Source: Bacteroidota bacterium (GTDB lineage: Bacteria > Bacteroidota > Bacteroidia > Bacteroidales > FEN-979). Taken from it: DNA of 64,000 nucleotides. Below the pieces are notes generated by a model that saw nothing but the letters and a program-made list of their open reading frames with translations, was not told where the DNA came from and made no database searches. This document shows, in pieces, positions 1 to 9,623 of the stretch (position 1 is its first letter; every line of letters starts with the position of its first letter). Made by a program: the position numbers and the translations under genes. The stretch is taken from NCBI GenBank assembly GCA_026391355.1, contig JAPLDH010000078.1, positions 6,358 through 70,357 of the forward strand, read 5' to 3'.

Positions 1-231
1 AATTTTTAATTTGTAATCTGGTGGAAGATCGGACATCTTTCCAAAGTCTTTGATTTTACCCTCCTCCACCAACAGCCATGCATTTTTGATGGTTTTCAGG
101 TTAGCCATTTCTCTGCCTGCAACTTTAAGACGAGGCACATCTTCTACCTGGACCAGTTCTTCGATATTTATAATGAGAATGTTCATGATTTCGTTTTTGG
201 TGATTGTAGTTGCTGTTTCAATTTCTTGCAT
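1..231 (-). CDS. 5' part of an amidohydrolase-family gene (imidazolonepropionase-like N-terminus); runs off the window
   Basis: Not in the ORF track because it has no stop in the window. Reverse-strand ATG at 229-231 gives MQEIETATTITKNEIMNILIINIEELVQVEDVPRLKVAGREMANLKTIKNAWLLVEEGKIKDFG. This matches the pattern usual at HutI-type amidohydrolase N-termini. Confidence 0.4.
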   Translation of the reverse strand, partial: MQEIETATTITKNEIMNILIINIEELVQVEDVPRLKVAGREMANLKTIKNAWLLVEEGKIKDFGKMSDLPPDYKLKI

Positions 232-354
232 AGTTCTGATAGCAAACTTACTGAAAAATCTGCTTCAGATCTATTGCATTGAAAAACCTCCTCGTTTTCT
301 TGCTCTTCTCTCTTTTATTTCCGTTCTTTGTAATAGATAACCAATATATTTACC

Positions 355-404
355 CTCATCACTCCCCCTCTCTTTCCTTTAAAGAGAGGGGGCCAGGGGG
401 TGAG
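355..404. repeat. GC-rich palindromic hairpin (CCCCCTCTCTTT / AAAGAGAGGGGG core), member of a dispersed family
   Basis: Near-perfect inverted repeat read directly. Related copies lie at 13901-13950 and 35471-35517, and all three are intergenic. Confidence 0.7.
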
Positions 405-422
405 TTTTTAAATAATATACCC

Positions 423-2573
423 ATGAGAAAATTTACCCTCTTTTTTTCCCTGCTTCTGATCACCCTTACAGGGTTTGCAGGAAAAGTATCACTTCATGAC
501 GCCCAACTTGCCGGCCTTCACTTCTTCTCTGAAAAAATAACCCGGTTTTATCCTGACCGGATTGAGAACCTGGCGATTTCGGGCTCATACGCTCTCCCCG
601 ATGCAACCGATCCCGTTTATTACATCTTCAATTTTAATGATAATGGATTCGTTGCCGTTTCCGCCGACAATGCGGCTTATCCTATTCTTTGTTACTCTTT
701 TGAGGGGATTTACACGGGGACCAATCTACCTCCCCAGTTTGTTGCCTGGATGAAACAATATGAAGACCAGATACGATTTCTGAAGGATAATCATATCTAT
801 CCCTCCGAAAAGATCACCGGAACATGGCAACGGTTTTTATCTTCAGATAATTTCTCCGATAAACATTCAGTCAGGCTCCCTTCTGTTGCTCCATTGACAA
901 CTTCTACCTGGAACCAGGACAACTACTACAACGAAGGTTGTCCTGCCGACCCTGCAGGCCCCGGTGGACATGTATATTCCGGTTGTGTTCCAACAGCCAT
1001 GGGACAGATCATGTATTACTACCGCTGGCCGGATCATGGAACCGGTTCTTATACCGACAGGGATACAACCTATGGGACATTACATGTAAATTACGATAGT
1101 ACCTGGTACGGCTGGAACAACATGACCACCTCGATAACCGGCAGCAATCCTGCAATTGCCCAGCTTCTTTATCATGTCGGTGTTGCCTGTGACCTGGTGT
1201 ACGGAGCAGGCGGATCGGGTATGTATAACCATAAAGCAGCCTATGCCCTGAAAAACTTTTTTAAGTATTCCCCCGATGTACAGTATGTTTTTCGTGATAG
1301 TACCAACCTCAACTGGGACAGCCTGATCATGGCACATCTCAATAAAAAAATGCCCCTCTATTATGCAGGGTGGTCAGTACCCGATACAAATGGTCATGCT
1401 TTTGTATGCGACGGTTACCAGGATTCTGCATTTTTTCACTTCAACTGGGGATGGGGAGGCAGTTATGACGGTTATTTCTATTTGGATCACCTGAATCCCG
1501 GAGGAAATACTTTTTACCTTGCCCAGGAACTTGTCATCAACTTTTTTCCGGATACGATCAATTATTCCTATCCGTTATTTTGTACAGGCAACACAACTCT
1601 TCAATCCAATACCGGGAGTTTCGGGGATGGCAGCGGACCACTGGACAATTATTCCTCATCAGCCGATTGCACCTGGTTGATCGATCCCCAGACATCTGAA
1701 GATTCAGTGTCCGGTATCACATTAAAATTCACCAGGTTCGGAACAAATCCTGCAGATTCAGTCAAAATTTTTGACGGGACATCCACAACTTCACCCTTGT
1801 TGGGAATCTTTTCCGGGGATACCGTTCCTTCATCTCTGACCTCCATGGGAAACAAGATGCTTATTACCTTTAAATCAAACGGTGTTACTACCGCACAAGG
1901 TTGGTCTGCCACTTATAATGCCATTTACCCGGTATGGTGTAATTCGATACTGACGATCACTTCAGATACCACGGAAATTACCGATGGAAGCGGCGATTTT
2001 AATTACCACAACAGGTCCAACTGCCGTTGGATGATCGAACCTGCCAATCAAAATGGAAATCCTTTGACTATCTTTTTCAAATCATTTGATACAGAACCGG
2101 ACAAAGATATTCTTGAGATCCATGACCTGGCTGATGACAATACAGCCCACTTCCTGGCAAAAATTTCCGGTCATTACGATGAAGCAGCCCCTCCTGATTC
2201 CGTTACCTCACCAAGTGGAAAAATGTATGTGATCTTCACGACCAACCAATATACGACCGGCAAAGGTTGGGAGTTCTATTATCCCCGGAAAAAACCATCA
2301 GGAATAGATGAAATTGGCAGGATTGAGACGCTGAACATCTTCCCCAACCCGGCATCAGGATATATTAACATCAGGATGACCCTTGCTGAATCCCAGCATA
2401 TGAACGTCCAATTGCTGACCCCGGAGGGGAAATCTGTTCTTGAAAAAGAATTGGTGATTGGCAGCGGTTTCACTGAAACCATACTGAATGTTTCGGGTAT
2501 CGCCAGAGGTATCTATTTTGTTCATCTGACCGGAAATAAGAATGTGCTGACACAGAAAGTAGTGATCGAGTAA
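423..2573 (+). CDS. Secreted C10-family (streptopain/PrtT-like) cysteine peptidase with two CUB-like modules and a T9SS C-terminal sorting domain
   Basis: Signal peptide MRKFTLFFSLLLITLTGFAG at ATG 423. Propeptide-like YYIFNFNDNGFVAVSAD. Catalytic Cys context GCVPTAMGQIMYYY and His context NGHAFVCDGY. Two CUB-like blocks (CTWLIDP..GWSATY and CRWMIEP..GWEFYY). C-terminal LNIFPNPASGYINI...VHLTGNKNVLTQKVVIE is typical of T9SS cargo. The track start at 279 reads through the hairpin repeat and is rejected. Confidence 0.85.
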   Translation: MRKFTLFFSLLLITLTGFAGKVSLHDAQLAGLHFFSEKITRFYPDRIENLAISGSYALPDATDPVYYIFNFNDNGFVAVSADNAAYPILCYSFEGIYTGTNLPPQFVAWMKQYEDQIRFLKDNHIYPSEKITGTWQRFLSSDNFSDKHSVRLPSVAPLTTSTWNQDNYYNEGCPADPAGPGGHVYSGCVPTAMGQIMYYYRWPDHGTGSYTDRDTTYGTLHVNYDSTWYGWNNMTTSITGSNPAIAQLLYHVGVACDLVYGAGGSGMYNHKAAYALKNFFKYSPDVQYVFRDSTNLNWDSLIMAHLNKKMPLYYAGWSVPDTNGHAFVCDGYQDSAFFHFNWGWGGSYDGYFYLDHLNPGGNTFYLAQELVINFFPDTINYSYPLFCTGNTTLQSNTGSFGDGSGPLDNYSSSADCTWLIDPQTSEDSVSGITLKFTRFGTNPADSVKIFDGTSTTSPLLGIFSGDTVPSSLTSMGNKMLITFKSNGVTTAQGWSATYNAIYPVWCNSILTITSDTTEITDGSGDFNYHNRSNCRWMIEPANQNGNPLTIFFKSFDTEPDKDILEIHDLADDNTAHFLAKISGHYDEAAPPDSVTSPSGKMYVIFTTNQYTTGKGWEFYYPRKKPSGIDEIGRIETLNIFPNPASGYINIRMTLAESQHMNVQLLTPEGKSVLEKELVIGSGFTETILNVSGIARGIYFVHLTGNKNVLTQKVVIE

Positions 2574-2604
2574 AATGTTATTAATCCTCTGCGAAGGGTT
2601 GAGT

Positions 2605-4881
2605 TCACATAATCAGCCATTTCTCAATGACTGCTCTGATTTCTTTCTCCTTAAAAGGTTTTGACAGATAATCATTCATTCCTGCTTCAAGGCAGCGTTC
2701 CTTTTCACCTTTAAGGGTTCCCGCAGTCAGCGCAATAATGGGAATCTTCTTTCCTGATTTTTGTTCGAAAATACGGATCTCCCCTGAAGCAGTGTATCCG
2801 TCTTTTTCCGGCATCTGAATATCCATGAAGATGATATCCGGTGTTTGTTTTTTATACAATTCCACGGCTTCAGTTCCATTAACCGCAGTGATAATTTTTG
2901 ATTCCGGAAGAAGGTGAGATATCTGTACTTTGGCTAATTCCATGTTGATCCTGTTGTCTTCGGCAATCATGATGATAAACTTACCACTGATCGTGGGTTG
3001 ATCAGATCTATATTTACTTTCAATACTTATTCCGGGTAAAAGACCTGGTGATAATCCCTTGTTCTCAACCAGATTTAGAATTTCCCAAAGTGCTGCTATT
3101 TTAACAGGTTTCACAAGCTTATAAAGCGACCTGGATTCATTGTCTTTCTGAACAATACTGATATCTTCAGAAGAATCGTATAATAAAATTGCAGGAGGAA
3201 CATTTCTCTTGAATTTCAATAGGTCATGTATTTTTTCAATAATAGCTAACCCGTTCATATCCGGGATATGATAGTCAATAATAAAAATATCATAAACATT
3301 GCCGTCCTGGAGTTTTTTTATTCCTTCCTGTCCACAGGATCCCATATCCGCAGAAATTCCTACATGAACCAGAAGATTCCGGAGTATTATGCAATTCTGC
3401 CTGTTATCATCAATTATCAGCGCTTTTTTTACTTTTGTTAATCCATGTTTAAGTTTCCTCACTTTCCCTTCCACGACATCGAGTTCAAGAGCAAACGAGA
3501 AAGTACTTCCGATTCCCGGTTCGCTGACCAGGTGCAACTGGTCCCCCATTTTTTCCAATAACCTGTTCGAGATTGTCAGGCCAAGACCGGTACCTCCATA
3601 CTTTTTGGTAGTCGAGGGATCGGCCTGAGAAAAAGATTCGAAGATCTTTTGCTGCTTATCCGGAGAAATCCCGATACCTGTATCACGAACAGCAAAGCGG
3701 AAAAGAGCCTTGTTCTCATTTTTACGAAATCTTTCTGCACGGACATTGATCTCGATCTCTCCTTTTTCGGTAAATTTGATTGCATTGCTGAGCAGGTTCA
3801 TTATGATCTGCCTGAGTCGCAGGGAATCAGCCATCACAAATTGAATAATATCCGGAGAGATGTCCAACAGAAGTTCCAGTCCTTTACCATGAGCATTATA
3901 CTTAACGATGTCCATCGTCGATTCCACAAGCTCAATCAGATCAGTGGTGTCATAATCCAGGTCAAGTCTCCCCGCTTCAATTTTGGAAAAGTCGAGTATA
4001 TCATTGATCAGGCTCATCAATGATTCTGCTGATGAGGATACATTCTGCATGTATTGCTGTTGAATATCGGTAAGTTTTGTCTTTAACAGCAATTCGGTGA
4101 AACCAATGATTCCATTCAATGGTGTCCGGATCTCATGGCTCATATTTGCCAGAAATTCACTTTTTGCTTTATTGGCCTGTTCTGCCTCCTTTTTGGCTTT
4201 TTCAATGGTGGACGCCTTATCTTCCAGCTCACGGTTTAGCGCCAGTACTCCTTTGTTGGTATCTTCCAGCTCCTGGTTGATCGTTTCAATTTGATTATTA
4301 CGCTCCTGTAATTGGGAAAGAAGAAACAACAATTCATTGTTCTGTGAATTGATGGTATCAACCATACTGGAATCACCCCGAAGGATCGTTTTTTGGAAAG
4401 CTGACTGAATTTGTTGAATGCGCCCAGGGTCTAAAGCAAGAAATTTTTTAGGTAACCACTTGGCAGCCGCAATTTTTGTTCCCTTCCCGGGATGTGACTG
4501 GATATCAAAATCATCCATGAGTCGTCGTGAACCGCTCAAACCTACACCCATTCCGGTTTTTGATTGAAATTTTCCGGATTCTATTGAATCAATATCCTTT
4601 ATACCGGGGCCGTGGTCTTCAAAGATCAGCACCAACCCGTTTATTCCTTCTTTCTGCTCTCCAAGGTAAAAATGCAGGGTACCACCATGGGCGTGTTCAA
4701 TAATGTTCCTGCTCAGTTCCGAAACAGCTGTCCCAATGCGGATACAGGTAACCTTATCAAACTGAACCTCTTTTGCCAGCAAGGAACTGAGGTTCCTTGC
4801 ACGAATTACATCAGTCTCATAATGAATAGTCAACTCACCTACGTCATGTAACGTAACGGATGATAAGAACGGTGGCATCAT
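2605..4881 (-). CDS. Hybrid sensor histidine kinase with an N-terminal RsbT/RsbW-like GHKL domain, coiled coil, HisKA, HATPase_c and two receiver domains
   Basis: H-box [20 protein letters not shown] boxes [23 protein letters not shown]. Two REC domains ([18 protein letters not shown] and [23 protein letters not shown]). N-terminal [22 protein letters not shown] resembles the RsbT gene upstream. The precise start is uncertain because of a 38-nt overlap with the upstream ORF. Confidence 0.9.
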   Translation of the reverse strand: MMPPFLSSVTLHDVGELTIHYETDVIRARNLSSLLAKEVQFDKVTCIRIGTAVSELSRNIIEHAHGGTLHFYLGEQKEGINGLVLIFEDHGPGIKDIDSIESGKFQSKTGMGVGLSGSRRLMDDFDIQSHPGKGTKIAAAKWLPKKFLALDPGRIQQIQSAFQKTILRGDSSMVDTINSQNNELLFLLSQLQERNNQIETINQELEDTNKGVLALNRELEDKASTIEKAKKEAEQANKAKSEFLANMSHEIRTPLNGIIGFTELLLKTKLTDIQQQYMQNVSSSAESLMSLINDILDFSKIEAGRLDLDYDTTDLIELVESTMDIVKYNAHGKGLELLLDISPDIIQFVMADSLRLRQIIMNLLSNAIKFTEKGEIEINVRAERFRKNENKALFRFAVRDTGIGISPDKQQKIFESFSQADPSTTKKYGGTGLGLTISNRLLEKMGDQLHLVSEPGIGSTFSFALELDVVEGKVRKLKHGLTKVKKALIIDDNRQNCIILRNLLVHVGISADMGSCGQEGIKKLQDGNVYDIFIIDYHIPDMNGLAIIEKIHDLLKFKRNVPPAILLYDSSEDISIVQKDNESRSLYKLVKPVKIAALWEILNLVENKGLSPGLLPGISIESKYRSDQPTISGKFIIMIAEDNRINMELAKVQISHLLPESKIITAVNGTEAVELYKKQTPDIIFMDIQMPEKDGYTASGEIRIFEQKSGKKIPIIALTAGTLKGEKERCLEAGMNDYLSKPFKEKEIRAVIEKWLIM

Positions 4882-5905
4882 CGCTGATTCTGGAATATTG
4901 GTTTACAATATATTCTGCATTTTCCTGAGGACTTTGTTCCCAATCAATTTCTTCATATTGCCAGCGAGAAATGATCCCGTCTGAATAGAGACAAACAGTA
5001 TCCCCTTTGTTAAAGTCTAATTCAAAAACCCTGGGAGTTCTTATATTATGGCCGACAATTCCCCCATAGGAAAGCAGGTTGGTTTTTTTTGCGTTTGAAT
5101 ATATCTGCCCTTCTATATTGCCAATTCCTGAAAAAAACAACCTGTTGTTCCCGGTATCGATCCTGATGATTCCTACGGTAGCCCCTCGCGTGCCCTTTAT
5201 GGTATTATGAACCTGATTGATAAGGGCATCTACTGCCATGTCAGGTTTTGAAACAATCAGTTCTTTTGCCATCTGTGAAGCCCGGTTTGCTTCTTTCCCA
5301 TGACCTAATCCATCGATAACAGAAGCAACCGCCACTGTTCCCGACAGATGAGTAATAACATATGTATCACCATTTAATTGTTCACCGGGTTTTGCCCTGG
5401 ATGAGGCTCCGATAAGCAAATTCCTGTTCAACCCATTCCATTTCGATTTTTGCAGCCATTTCCGCGTACGGATACAATTTTTAAACTCACTTGTTCCGGC
5501 AAGTTTAACCTGATTAAAATCTATGTTTTTTTCCGGATTGATCTCAAATTCGTCCGATAACCGCTGGATGGACCCTAATCCTATTCCCAAGGAATTTGAA
5601 TTTGTATATCCATCCTGTATAGCCAGGTCAATGTCTGTAAACCCTTTCCCAAAATCACAACACCAGAATTCTAAACCGGTATTAAAACTTGTATCCCGGA
5701 TCCTGCACATCATAAGTTTCCCCTTGCCTCCTCCATGTTTGAGAACATTGGTTCCCATTTCCGTGATCATGATGGCCACTTCTCCGGTCGCAATATCATT
5801 GAATCCGTTTTGTTTGGCAAAAACAACACCCTTTCTACGACATTCACCTATATCTGATTCATTTTCAATCTGAAGAACTTGTATCTTATCACGTGTCAGA
5901 TCCAT
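4844..5905 (-). CDS. GHKL (RsbT/RsbW-like) domain fused to a PP2C/SpoIIE-family protein phosphatase (RsbX/RsbU-type role)
   Basis: N-terminal [25 protein letters not shown]-terminal PP2C signatures [19 protein letters not shown]. Lies immediately downstream of the RsbT-like gene. Confidence 0.85.
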   Translation of the reverse strand: MDLTRDKIQVLQIENESDIGECRRKGVVFAKQNGFNDIATGEVAIMITEMGTNVLKHGGGKGKLMMCRIRDTSFNTGLEFWCCDFGKGFTDIDLAIQDGYTNSNSLGIGLGSIQRLSDEFEINPEKNIDFNQVKLAGTSEFKNCIRTRKWLQKSKWNGLNRNLLIGASSRAKPGEQLNGDTYVITHLSGTVAVASVIDGLGHGKEANRASQMAKELIVSKPDMAVDALINQVHNTIKGTRGATVGIIRIDTGNNRLFFSGIGNIEGQIYSNAKKTNLLSYGGIVGHNIRTPRVFELDFNKGDTVCLYSDGIISRWQYEEIDWEQSPQENAEYIVNQYSRISDDATVLIIRYVT

Positions 5906-6321
5906 TTCATTACCCGTACTTTAGTGCCTTTGTTTACTTTCGATTCAATGCTAAATTCATCGACCAGGCGTTTTGCCCCAGGCAAACCATATCCCATACC
6001 TACTCCTGAAGTATAACCATCATTCATGGCCAGTTCCAGGTTCTCTATTCCCGGACCCTCATCAACACAGGTAATAATTAATGCCCGATGCCCGGTAAAT
6101 TCTCCGAGATCTACATACACTTCTCCTCCGCCCGCATATTGATACATATTTCTGAATAATTCACTTACAGCAGTAGTGATCCTTGTCTGGTCGACAATAC
6201 CCATTCCGTTTTGCTTTGCATGAAAGCGAATATACTGCCTTGCAGTAACAATGTCATTTTCTGTCTGAATCGTATAAGTAGCAATACGATCCCAGTTTTT
6301 ATCAGGTATCAGTTCAGTCAT
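5896..6321 (-). CDS. rsbT: Anti-sigma regulatory factor-type serine kinase (RsbT-like switch kinase)
   Basis: 141 aa, GHKL boxes SELFRNMYQYA, DEGPGI, GMGYGLPG. Positioned after RsbR/RsbS-like STAS genes. Confidence 0.8.
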   Translation of the reverse strand: MTELIPDKNWDRIATYTIQTENDIVTARQYIRFHAKQNGMGIVDQTRITTAVSELFRNMYQYAGGGEVYVDLGEFTGHRALIITCVDEGPGIENLELAMNDGYTSGVGMGYGLPGAKRLVDEFSIESKVNKGTKVRVMKWI

Positions 6322-6335
6322 GGTTACCTTGAGGG

Positions 6336-6752
6336 TTATTTTCTCTTCAGATAATTATAACCTAATCTTTTTTCAAGCATCTCCATCCCTTTTTCCATGT
6401 TCAATGCGGTATCTACACCGGGCATCTCCAATCCGAGTTCTACGAGGGTTATGGCTACCGCGGGTTGCATCCCGACAATGACCACTGCTGCATCCATTAT
6501 TGCAGCCATGGATGCCATCCCAGACAACATTCGCCCAATAAAGGAATCAACCATTTCAAGAACTGAAATATCTATCAATACCCCCCGCGCACCGGTCTTC
6601 TCAATCTCCCCCAATATCTGGGATTGTAACTGAATGGCGAGTTTATCATGCATATCTATCTGAATGGATACAATCAGATAATCCCCGATCTTAATGATGG
6701 GAATCCTTTTTTCCTGCAGAACGGTATCTATTTTCTCATTCCACTTCTTCAT
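6336..6752 (-). CDS. rsbS: Single-domain STAS protein (RsbS-like stressosome scaffold)
   Basis: IPIIKIGDYLIVSIQIDMHD...VLIDISVLEMVDSF...VGMQPAVAITLVELG matches the RsbS pattern. I prefer the internal ATG at 6750-6752 (MKKWNEK) to the track start at 6788. Confidence 0.8.
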   Translation of the reverse strand: MKKWNEKIDTVLQEKRIPIIKIGDYLIVSIQIDMHDKLAIQLQSQILGEIEKTGARGVLIDISVLEMVDSFIGRMLSGMASMAAIMDAAVVIVGMQPAVAITLVELGLEMPGVDTALNMEKGMEMLEKRLGYNYLKRK

Positions 6753-7422
6753 CCTGATAAAATATTTCGTTTTTCTTACTGACCACACTTTTTTTATTCT
6801 GATTCATTGCATATATCATTGCATCCTGAAGTGTGGCTTTGGTACGGATAGATGCAAGATCAATCCCAAGATGGACAATGGTTTGTGCTATGGCAGGACT
6901 GATTCCGGAAATAATACATTCGGCGCCCAGAAGCCGTGCTGCTGTGACCGTTTTCAGCAGGTGATTCGCAACCTGCGTATCGACAGTCATGACACCTGTA
7001 ATATCCAATATTGAGATGGTACAACTTGTTGATACGATTTTGTTCAGCAGATTTTCCATCATCACCTGCGTTCGCTGGCTGTCAAGGGTACCGATAACCG
7101 GCAGGATAAGAATATTATCCCAGACTTTTGTAACAGGGCTGGATAATTCCATCAGGTCCTCCTGCTGCTGAATAATGGTCTTTTGTTGCTCCTGGATCTT
7201 CTCAAGTTTTCCCTGCAATTCTAACTGGATTTTTTCCCGGTTCTTTAATTCATCCGTGAGGTCGTCAATCAGAAGATCAATAGCAGATTCGATCCCTGTG
7301 AAATCATCTTCAATTTCAGATGATATTCGTGCATCCATATCACCGGAGGCAACCGAAGAAAGAATATCTTCTACTCTTTCAATACGGCCTTTGATGTTTT
7401 TTATTTTTACAATTTCGCTCAC
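6736..7422 (-). CDS. rsbR: RsbR-like protein: short coiled-coil N-terminal region plus C-terminal STAS domain
   Basis: C-terminal ELSSPVTKVWDNILILPVIGTLDSQRTQ..ILDITGVMTVDTQVANHLLKT..LLGAECIISGISPAIAQT..LGIDL is the canonical RsbR STAS signature. The N-terminal ~100 aa are acidic and coiled-coil. Confidence 0.85.
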   Translation of the reverse strand: MSEIVKIKNIKGRIERVEDILSSVASGDMDARISSEIEDDFTGIESAIDLLIDDLTDELKNREKIQLELQGKLEKIQEQQKTIIQQQEDLMELSSPVTKVWDNILILPVIGTLDSQRTQVMMENLLNKIVSTSCTISILDITGVMTVDTQVANHLLKTVTAARLLGAECIISGISPAIAQTIVHLGIDLASIRTKATLQDAMIYAMNQNKKSVVSKKNEIFYQDEEVE

Positions 7423-7790
7423 TTTTTCTTCCTCCTGTTCATTAACCAGTTTAACGCTTCCTTTTCCGTCTTAAAGAAATCACTTTTGGCTTCCAGATTG
7501 CCCAGTTTCATTAAAACTTTTGCAATCATGCGTGTAGCTGAAGTTGCACCAATATATGCTACGTCTGTGACTCCTCCTGCGTCCAGCATTTTGTTGGAAA
7601 TTTGCCGGGTCTCCCGGCTTTCCATCTTTGTGCCTTCTGTAAGATCCACAATGAGTTGCCTATATGGTTTGTCCTTAAATGACTCCGTGTAATATTCCCC
7701 TAAAGTCATGGCCTCCGCGGTAGAAAAGTCGCCAATGATTTGCTGGTGAAGTACATCGGTTTGTTCATCATACCAGAATTTGTGTTTCAT
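7419..7790 (-). CDS. Small SpoIIAA/STAS-like protein, first gene of the Rsb-like operon
   Basis: 123 aa. Its stop overlaps the RsbR-like start by 4 nt. The pattern VDLTEGTKMESRETRQ..AYIGATSATRMIAKV is reminiscent of STAS/SEC14-like DUF proteins. Assignment is by resemblance only. Confidence 0.5.
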   Translation of the reverse strand: MKHKFWYDEQTDVLHQQIIGDFSTAEAMTLGEYYTESFKDKPYRQLIVDLTEGTKMESRETRQISNKMLDAGGVTDVAYIGATSATRMIAKVLMKLGNLEAKSDFFKTEKEALNWLMNRRKKK

Positions 7791-7942
7791 GTTATCTTTT
7801 TTAGAAAGTCAGAATTGATGTTATTGATCTGATATTGTTATTTTAACAATGAGTGTAAAGGTAATCTTTTTTAAGGATTAAATACTATTTGCATTTATGA
7901 AAATAATAGTGATACTAATGCGATTTATATTAAAATATTTTT

Positions 7943-7950
7943 TACCTTTG
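7943..7950 (+). promoter_or_regulatory. Bacteroidota -7 box (TAnnTTTG) upstream of the thioredoxin gene
   Basis: TACCTTTG lies 26 nt upstream of ATG 7976. Confidence 0.4.
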
Positions 7951-7975
7951 CAGCAGATTATTAAAAAGCATTTTT

Positions 7976-8446
7976 ATGAAGAAGATATCATTCGCTTGCA
8001 TTTTGTCGATCATCCTTGTATTCAATACCTGTAGCAGTTCAGGTGAAAACAACCCAGATGGTAAAACAACCGTCGTAAAAGAAGGTGAAGTCACTACATT
8101 AACTGCTGATATGTTCAGGAAACTGGTATGGGACTATCAGAAAAACCCCGATTCATTCGTATTCAGTGGTGATGTACCGGTTATTGTGGATTTTTACGCT
8201 GTATGGTGCCGCCCCTGTAAGATTGTAAGTCCGATTATGGAAGACCTTGCTAAAGAATATAAAGGGAAAATCAAGATTTATAAAGTTGATACTGATGCTG
8301 AAAGGGAGTTGGCCGGATTATTTAAAATTCAAAGCATACCCTCAATTCTTTTCGTTCCCAAAAACGGGAAACCATCCATTTCGGTTGGAGCATCTCCGAA
8401 AGAAACTTACGTCCAGGCTATAAAGGATGTATTACAGGTAAAATAA
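7976..8446 (+). CDS. Exported (lipoprotein-type) thioredoxin-family protein
   Basis: Signal peptide with lipobox-like VFNTC. Thioredoxin fold with WCRPCK active site and SIPSILFV motif. Confidence 0.8.
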   Translation: MKKISFACILSIILVFNTCSSSGENNPDGKTTVVKEGEVTTLTADMFRKLVWDYQKNPDSFVFSGDVPVIVDFYAVWCRPCKIVSPIMEDLAKEYKGKIKIYKVDTDAERELAGLFKIQSIPSILFVPKNGKPSISVGASPKETYVQAIKDVLQVK

Positions 8447-8486
8447 ACGATAAATATATTGTTGAATCATTTTAATCACTATCATC

Positions 8487-8852
8487 ATGGCTATCGAACA
8501 CTTAACTAAAGAAAGTTTTCTTAATAAAGTCTTTAATTTTGAATTAAATAAGGAATGGAAATTTGAAGGTACATTACCCTGTATCATTGACTTTTATGCC
8601 GACTGGTGCGGCCCCTGTAAAATGGTAGCCCCGATCCTGGAAGAATTGTCGAAGGAATACGACGGTAAGATAAATATTTATAAAGTGGATACCGAAGCCG
8701 AACAGGAACTGGCGATGGCATTTGGAATCCGTAGCATCCCTTCCATGTTGTTTGTTCCGCAGGAAGGTCAGCCACAAATGTCAGTTGGTGCATTGCCAAA
8801 AGATTCACTGAAAGGTGCAATCAACGAAGTTTTGTTGAAAGTCCAGAATTAA
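8487..8852 (+). CDS. Thioredoxin (cytoplasmic type)
   Basis: 121 aa, no signal peptide, canonical WCGPCK, SIPSMLFV. Confidence 0.85.
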   Translation: MAIEHLTKESFLNKVFNFELNKEWKFEGTLPCIIDFYADWCGPCKMVAPILEELSKEYDGKINIYKVDTEAEQELAMAFGIRSIPSMLFVPQEGQPQMSVGALPKDSLKGAINEVLLKVQN

Positions 8853-8905
8853 CAGGGTTACCGTTAAACGGAAGCCGGTAAACCGCCGCCATATACGCAA
8901 AAATA

Positions 8906-9523
8906 ATGCTTCTCCTTTCAACCGCCTACTTACCCCCCATTTCCTATGTTGCTGCATGTTTTAAAGTAGAGGGTTTGGTTGTTGAACAGTTCGAAACCTA
9001 TACCAAGCAAACATGCCGTAACCGCTGTATGATTGGTGGCCCGAACGGGAAGCAGACGCTGAGTATTCCGGTAAAAAAAGTGTATGGAAACCATACGAAG
9101 GTAAAGGATGTGCTGCTTTCAGATTCCTCTGCCTGGCAAAAAATTCACTGGAGATCTGTTGAAACAGCGTATAATAATTCCCCCTTTTTTCTCTATTACA
9201 AAGATCTGTTCGAACCCTTCTTTCTGAAACGGTTTGATTCATTGGTTGAGTTTAATACAAGTATCCTGAGAATTGTTTTTAATGCCCTTGGTGTTGAAAA
9301 AACAATCGGGTTTACTGATCTTTATGAAAAAACACCTGCTCTTTTTCTTGATAAAAGATCAGCCATGATCGGGAAAAATACGCAAATCTCCTTACCAACC
9401 TATATTCAATGCTTCTCCGAAAGATTCGGATTCCTTAGTAATCTCTCCATTATTGACCTGATCTTCAACCTTGGGCCGGAAGCAAAGGATTACCTGAATA
9501 AAATCGCCAAGGACGTTAATTGA
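8906..9523 (+). CDS. WbqC-family protein
   Basis: The N-terminal MLLLSTAYLPPISYV...QTCRNRC pattern is characteristic of WbqC-like proteins. Recognised from memory. Confidence 0.6.
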   Translation: MLLLSTAYLPPISYVAACFKVEGLVVEQFETYTKQTCRNRCMIGGPNGKQTLSIPVKKVYGNHTKVKDVLLSDSSAWQKIHWRSVETAYNNSPFFLYYKDLFEPFFLKRFDSLVEFNTSILRIVFNALGVEKTIGFTDLYEKTPALFLDKRSAMIGKNTQISLPTYIQCFSERFGFLSNLSIIDLIFNLGPEAKDYLNKIAKDVN

Positions 9524-9589
9524 CCACAGATTACACGGATTACACAGAATTAATTGAAAAAGGTCATACATCCCAAAGGATATAAATCG

Positions 9590-9597
9590 TACTTTTG
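9590..9597 (+). promoter_or_regulatory. Bacteroidota -7 box upstream of feoAB
   Basis: TACTTTTG lies 27 nt upstream of the TTG start at 9624. Confidence 0.4.
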
Positions 9598-9623
9598 CAT
9601 TAATCTTATTTAATCTAAATTAA

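Noticed and set aside
279-422. N-terminal 48-codon extension of the C10 peptidase ORF given by the ORF track
   Set aside because: It reads straight through the palindromic repeat at 355-404 (translation ..HHSPSLSFKERGPGGEF..). A proper signal peptide starts at ATG 423.
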